The notes below the pieces were generated by a model. The model made no database searches. It saw only the letters and a list, made by a program, of their open reading frames with translations, and was not told the DNA's origin. From assembly GCA_964247055.1 (NCBI GenBank), contig OZ176057.1, positions 5,704,001 to 5,768,000 on the forward strand: a DNA stretch of 64,000 bases, in the 5' to 3' direction. Shown here in pieces: positions 58,465 to 64,000 of the stretch (within the stretch, counting starts at the first letter, position 1; every line of letters begins with the position of its first letter). A program made the position numbers and the translations under genes. The DNA comes from Paragordius varius (Eukaryota; Animalia; Nematomorpha).

Positions 58465-61400
58465 TTCAATTTTAACCCTTATTTAGTTACTATTTTAAAC
58501 TCTTCATTATTTTTTTATACCTATTAATCATATATGATTTATTTTCCATATGTTAAATATTAATAGTACCTACCCAATACCCATTAAAATGGAATCATCG
58601 GAAACTAATCCTTTGATTTCAAATGATCTCACAAAAAATATTTCTACTGCTGCAGGTGAGGATGGCACAAATAATAATCAAAATAATGAAATAAACCTAA
58701 ATTCCAATGTGAATAATATGTTTCCACTAAGCTTTAATTTCCCAAGTTGTGCAAGTTAGTTAGATTTTTTTTTGGTTTTTTTTAATTTATTATTAAAGAT
58801 TTTTGATTGAAAAGTAAGTAGTTTACTAATTTTTGTAAATTTTTTGTCAAAACGCCCGTATAATTTGGAAAAATAAGGGTCAAGATATGAAAATTGAAAA
58901 TTCTGAAAAAAGTTTTCCATCATTTTAAAAAATAGATAGCTTATTTTTACCTTCATACCATTTACATTTCAAATTCACCCTTGAACAATTTAAATTCACC
59001 CTTAAACAATTCAAATTGACCCTAACAATAAATTATATGTTTTCGGGCAGCTAATATAATTTATCATTCATATGGAATATATTTTAATGGCATAGTTTAG
59101 ATATTAAAAAATATAAGTAATTTTTAATTTTAAACAACTTTAAATTATTTTAGGGTAAATTTGAATTGTTCGAGGGTGAATTTGATTGTTTAAGGGTTAA
59201 TTTGAACTGTGTAAATGGTTTAAAATTAGGAGATATATGAATTAACCTAGATTTATTTTACATCAATATTAATCGACAATGTAAATATTAAGAAGTATAA
59301 GGTTTAACTAAAGATAATCGTTTTTTGTTATAGCTTGTTTAATTATACTTATACTTTCATTTTACGTATAAAGCTAATTATCTATAATTTTTAAATAATT
59401 TATGTGGCTAAAACAATATACAGTTTTGTATTTTTCAACGACAATTAAAAATTATATTATAACAAAGACAATCTTTTTTAAAGGGTAATAATGTTTGCAA
59501 AATTAATAATTGTGTCTTTATCCATTTATGTTATCTTTCTTTATTCAATGTCCACATCAATAAGGTTACATAATGATTATACAAAATTTTGGAGGTTTTA
59601 GAAATTTCCTAATATTTATTTTTGAATGAAATATGCGCATTAACCAAAAAATAAAATAATTTGGATGATAATTAAGTTGTGGATGGATAATTTTAGGATT
59701 CCATATTCGGAATTTTATATCCATGAAGTAGCTTCCTCCACAAATTACGATCTTTACATTGTTCTGTGGAAAGGCTACGTTGATTCAAGTCCATTTTTAT
59801 ATTATCATTATAAGAAAAGAGTGGTCGTCCCTTTCTTCTATTGCCATCAACATTAATGTTTTCAACAGTTTTTAACGGATGGGTGGCGTCTCTTCTCTGA
59901 GTATGACCGTATAGACGCAATCTGTTAGTTTGAATTATATAATCGATTTTATCGTTTTCTTTAATGAAAATTGGTATTTCTGGTGTACGAAAGCAGCTTT
60001 TGAGTATTCGATTCTCACTGGTTAGGAGTTTTGTTTGATTTGTTTTGTTTAATGCCCAGGTTTCAGAACCATAGGTAAGAGCAGGTCTTATTCCTGCCTT
60101 GTAAAGATACCATTTATTACGATTGTTAACATGTTTGTTTTGGAAAACATATTTTAATTGATTATATTTTATCCAACCTTGTTGTATTCTTCTTTTGATA
60201 GCCTTTTGTGGGCTTCCCTGAGATGATATGACATCTCCTAGGTATACGAAGGAGTCAACCAATTCGATGTCATGTCCATCAATGTTAAGTAGCTTTGGTC
60301 GATTAAGATTTTTATTGCTTGGGTTTAAGCAATTTAGGCATTTAAAATTTATTACATTTGTTAACTTGTCTTTTATTTTAGAGCACTTTTTGTGTACCCA
60401 CAATTGACATGATATGCATTTAATGGAATTTGAACGTACTTCCTTACTGCAAATGGAACAGGGGTATCTAGGTGTTTCACTTTCACCCGTTATCATTATT
60501 TTTGTTTTTGTGGCGTTTATGATCATTCCATATTGTTCAAGGCATTTCTTCCACTTGGAATATGTATTTACCAGTTGATCCCATGATCGTGTCGTTATCA
60601 CGAGGTCGTCGGCAAATAACATTTCCCAAGGGCATTCAGTTCTTATGTCTTGCGTTGCCGCATCCATTATAGTTATAAAAAGGAGTGGACTTAGGACTGA
60701 ACCCTGATGTAGTCCAGCGTTTGTTGGGAAATTGTTTGTATTGCCAATATTGGTTCTAACGTTGGTTGTTGTATTTTTATAGAGTAGTAATAAAATTTGT
60801 ATAGTATGTTCTTCTATTCCCTTTTTACGTAGTGCCCATTGAATTGTGGAGCGTGGTATTTGGTCAAACGCACGTTCCAGATCTACAAAGACATGGTATA
60901 GCTTTTGTTTCTTTTCCAGATATTTTTCTTGTAAGCGTCTTAGGATGAACAAGGGATCAATTGTGCTACTGTTTGGACGGAATGCAAACTGATTCGAATC
61001 TAAGCTTATAAGTTTTCTCAGCCTGTTTTCTAAAATATTTTCGAATATTTTCAGTGTGTGTTCTAGAAGTTTTAAAGGTCGGTAGGACGATGTTTTTAAA
61101 CGATCACCTTTATTTTTATAAATGGGGATTATTATGCTGTTCTTCCAATCGTTGGGAGTTTGGTTTGTAATTATTATTTGGTTAAAGAGTTTTGTTAGAT
61201 ATTCTGCAGTGTTTGTGATGGGTCGAATGAGGTCGACTGAAAGGCTGCTTGGGCCTGGAGCTTTGTTACTTTTTAATTTATTGATTGCAGTTGTGACCTC
61301 ATCTATGGTGATTTCTTGTATGGGACCAGCTACTGGTGAAACCATGCTAATTTGTTTGGTCGGGTTTACTTGGTTGAGTTGTTTTTCTAAGTTCGTTTTC

Positions 61401-62560
61401 CAAATTTCTTTGACTTTCGAGGGATTCGTTATTATATTATCATTATCATCTTTAATACATTTTATGGTTTTAACATCTTTATTACTATTGTTAAGGTTTT
61501 TGAGTCTTTTAAAAATCGATTGGTTTTTAAAGTCTTTTTCTAAACTTTCAGCGATTTTAATGGATTTTGTTGTATCTTTAAATTACTTTTAACAGATAAT
61601 AGTAATAACTCAAATATGGCTGCCATCGCTGCCTATACCCTTTTGACGTCTTCATTAACTCAACAATTTCAACAACAAAATACAAGTGGTAATTTTAACA
61701 ATAATGCGACTTTGATTGACAATTCCGGTATTGGTCTTTTAATGAGCTCTGCAGAAGGTGGTCACCCCAACAATCAAATAGATCGCGACACTTTTTTAGC
61801 TAACAAAAGTCATTCTCTCCCCCAAGCTTATGTGGATGAAAATGGTTGTTTAAACTTAAAAAAGGAATATGAAAATGATCTTATCATGATGAATTTTGTA
61901 TCAGGTATAAAAACTAACTAACAATAATATGATTTTTGCGCTTTAAATAATATATATATATCTATATATCCATTTTGTTTAGGTATAAAAGAATCTCATC
62001 ATTCAGCACCACCTTATACTTCAAATTTTTCGGCGAGTCTTGCTTTAGTAGATGATAAGGAGGGAGGTAGGCAAATTTTTTTTCCACAATCTCAATTGTC
62101 TTCATCTTCCAACAACAATACTTATATTCTCCAACAAGGAACATCCAATGTTCCAATAAATAATACTTTTAGAAACACCCATGTAAACGAGGACAATATT
62201 AATAATGTGAATATGTCAGCTGCGAGCAATATTAATTGGTCAATTAATGATGCATCACCGAATCTTTTGGATTCAAATGGTTTTCTTACTACTACTTCGT
62301 ACAGCACTAATCAGGAGGGAAATTGTATTGCAACAAAAAATAATGTTGATGATAATTTAACAACCATAGCTGCTATGCCTATGTGCGACGTCAACGATAA
62401 GAATACCAAAAGCACTGAGTTGAGTGAAGAAAAGGGTGAAAACGGCGGAGATGAATCTACCGATTGCTATTTGGATGATGCCACGTTAATGGCAACCAAT
62501 TTGTTCCCAGAAACGAATCCCTTTAAACAAGCGCTTATGAAACAAATGGTTCGACGTTAA
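51450..62560 (+). CDS. FOXK: Forkhead box K transcription factor (FHA + forkhead), ~1242 aa; exons 51450-51778, 52312-53261, 53461-53629, 54673-55333, 57332-57876, 58567-58754, 61596-61904, 61983-62560
   Basis: FHA: VGRRS...SNFVSRTHL...FFLKCVGKNGVFIN...CVIHFPNT. Forkhead: KPPFSYAQLIVQ...LSGIY...YPYF...GWQNSVRHNLSLNRYFVK|IPRSQAETGKGAYWKLD. All seven introns are GT-AG and phase-compatible (3729 nt). Exons 6-8 are supported only by phase and composition. Confidence 0.9.
53922..54621. mobile_element. Family C MITE with expanded right 21-mer arm (~22 units)
   Basis: TA|CCATTTGCA...TGTAAATGG|TA; GAATTGTT(C/T)AAGGGTGAATTT array at 54120-54610. Confidence 0.88.
55322..55660 (+). repeat. ~155-bp duplication of the FoxK exon 4 end plus donor
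   Basis: TTTGTTAAG|GTAAGTTTA...TTTTGAAAAGTTTAAAACGCTTTAACAT...AAAAGAATGAT at 55325 and ~55478. Confidence 0.85.
56049..56353. mobile_element. Foldback MITE family C
   Basis: TA|CCATTTACA...TGTAAATGG|TA. Further copies at 58135-58428 and 58958-59218. Confidence 0.85.
56689..56969. mobile_element. MITE family B
   Basis: TA flanks and ~55-bp inverted termini. Confidence 0.8.
57958..58460. repeat. (TA)n microsatellites
   Basis: Pure TA runs at ~57960-57990, ~58195-58248 and ~58428-58460; others at ~215-240 and ~530-555. Confidence 0.9.
59650..61583 (-). mobile_element. 5'-truncated non-LTR retrotransposon (RTE-like LINE); RT ORF open from ~61583 to the stop at 59693
   Basis: RT motifs NKAPGPS, WKNSIIIPIYKNKGD, YRPLKLL, QFAFRP, VFVDLERAFD, GLHQGSVLSPLLF, LFADD, FVYLG, LTYGSETW and RLRLYGH. 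Linker IKDDNDNII...KEIWK lies upstream of the listed ORF start. No endonuclease domain is present and no TSD was identified. Confidence 0.93.
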
Positions 62561-63496
62561 AACCTAAAAAACGAAACTCTTGAAACCATATACTCGCTCT
62601 AAAATATAGAGTTAGTTATGGCTTAAATCGTGCCCAAAGTTAAACTTGTCAGTTTAATTTTCGACACTCTTTTAAGCCTAACGACAAGTCGATATCATGG
62701 GATACTCTGTTTGATAAAAATTAGTTAATGCACATTTTAACCCAAAACTTATATACAGATTTAATCAAACTTAATTTAGTGCCAATATATGAACAAGTTT
62801 ATACGACTTATATTTAAAACTTATTGTAATTACGAAATATTTTTATCGAATTCGTCAGAATTAAGATTATAGTTTTTAATTATGAATTATATCATGCACA
62901 TTTTTCCTTACATATAGTAAATTTTGACCTTTTTAATTAGTTATTTAAATTATTAGCCAATATGTTTTACTTCTAATGCGCGGGCATTTTCCTACTTTTA
63001 CTTATTAGTTTAAAGAAATTTTCTAATTCTTATGTAAAATTTTTATATGAATTTCAATAAACGAAATCTCAGCATGTTAGTTTTTATCATATTCTTAGCA
63101 TATCAATCACTGTTTTCTAAATTATATTTACTCATTAATATATATATGTATATGATTATATTTACCATAGTTTATACAATAATGGAATTATGTGTACGTA
63201 TATACAGCAACTTATATTTTACTGTTTTATAAATACATATTTATTTATTTGGTTATTTAACTATATCGCAATTAACTAAATGATTTTTTAGTAAAATTCC
63301 AATTATGTATAATTTTTATGTTGGATTATTCATTGATATTTATGTTATTGATTTAACAATCAAGAAATCCATAACGCCGAATAGGAGTTAAAATTTTTAT
63401 TAAGGCAAACCGTATAAAACCTAAATACAAATGTATTATTGGCAATTTATCTTGGAGTTTTACATAAAATTATTTTGTAGTATTTTTAATTAGTTA

Positions 63497-63773
63497 CAGT
63501 AAAAATTGAAATTATACGGAGAAAACGTAAAAATATAAAGACAAATATTTTTTTATAAAAGACAATCATGCTAAAAATGAATTATTTTAATATATGTGAT
63601 TGTTCTGCAAATTGTATGATAAATTGTGACCAATAAACATCTCCATCTCATACTTTATAGTTTAAAACACTAAATATTTGAAAAATTAAGTTTCAAAAAG
63701 TATGGTAGCCTTTGAAATAAAATAGTTGTCTATATATTTTTAAGTTTTGTCCGTGTAATTACAGTTTTTACTG
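63497..63773. mobile_element. MITE family B, best-preserved copy (Tc1/mariner-type)
   Basis: TA|CAGTAAAAATTGAAATTATACGGA...TCCGTGTAATTACAGTTTTTACTG|TA. CAGT termini with a TA duplication are typical of Tc1/mariner. Confidence 0.88.
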
Positions 63774-64000
63774 TATATAAATGATATATGATTTTGGATA
63801 TAAATATTTATAATTCCTAGCCGACCTAAAATATAACCATAAATTTTGTCTTGACTGCGAAATACTTTTTAAGTAACACCAACTGTTTTGATTTACGCAG
63901 TGCACACAAAAAATATCCTAATGATATATTTATATTTTGATGAGTTATTTTATTTTCATGGTGCTTTTGGTTTTGGGCTTAGCGGGTGGTATAGGAATAT

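Noticed and set aside
61122-61592. 156-aa plus-strand ORF, and 59665-59856
   Set aside because: Antisense shadows of the LINE RT frame.

Overview
Extremely AT-rich (about 20% GC by eye), intron-rich eukaryotic DNA. It is most likely animal, given FoxK, TMF1, a Zn-type ALAD, an RTE-like LINE and piggyBac-like elements; the lineage cannot be fixed from sequence alone. I reconstructed the spliced genes by hand using GT-AG sites, phase compatibility and remembered family motifs. (1) The last three exons of TMF1 (+, 675-5279). (2) A ~5-kb unit triplicated in tandem (~7.6-24.5 kb) carrying an unrecognised 3-exon gene, with two intact copies, one copy with a nonsense codon and one partial copy. (3) A 7-exon ALAD/porphobilinogen synthase (-, 43366-25209) of about 686 aa, roughly double the usual length. 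(4) An 8-exon FoxK (FHA + forkhead; +, 51450-62560) of about 1242 aa, with a 5'-truncated LINE in intron 6. At least four non-autonomous DNA-element families are interspersed. The most striking pattern is that intronic tandem arrays are seeded at exon-intron junctions and copy the splice site, usually with the exon edge. ALAD introns 3-6 carry arrays of about 5-28 units, and TMF1 and FoxK carry x4 and x2 versions. In two further cases a MITE arm has expanded exactly where it abuts a splice acceptor. Exon models are inferred without RNA data, and repeat counts were made by eye.
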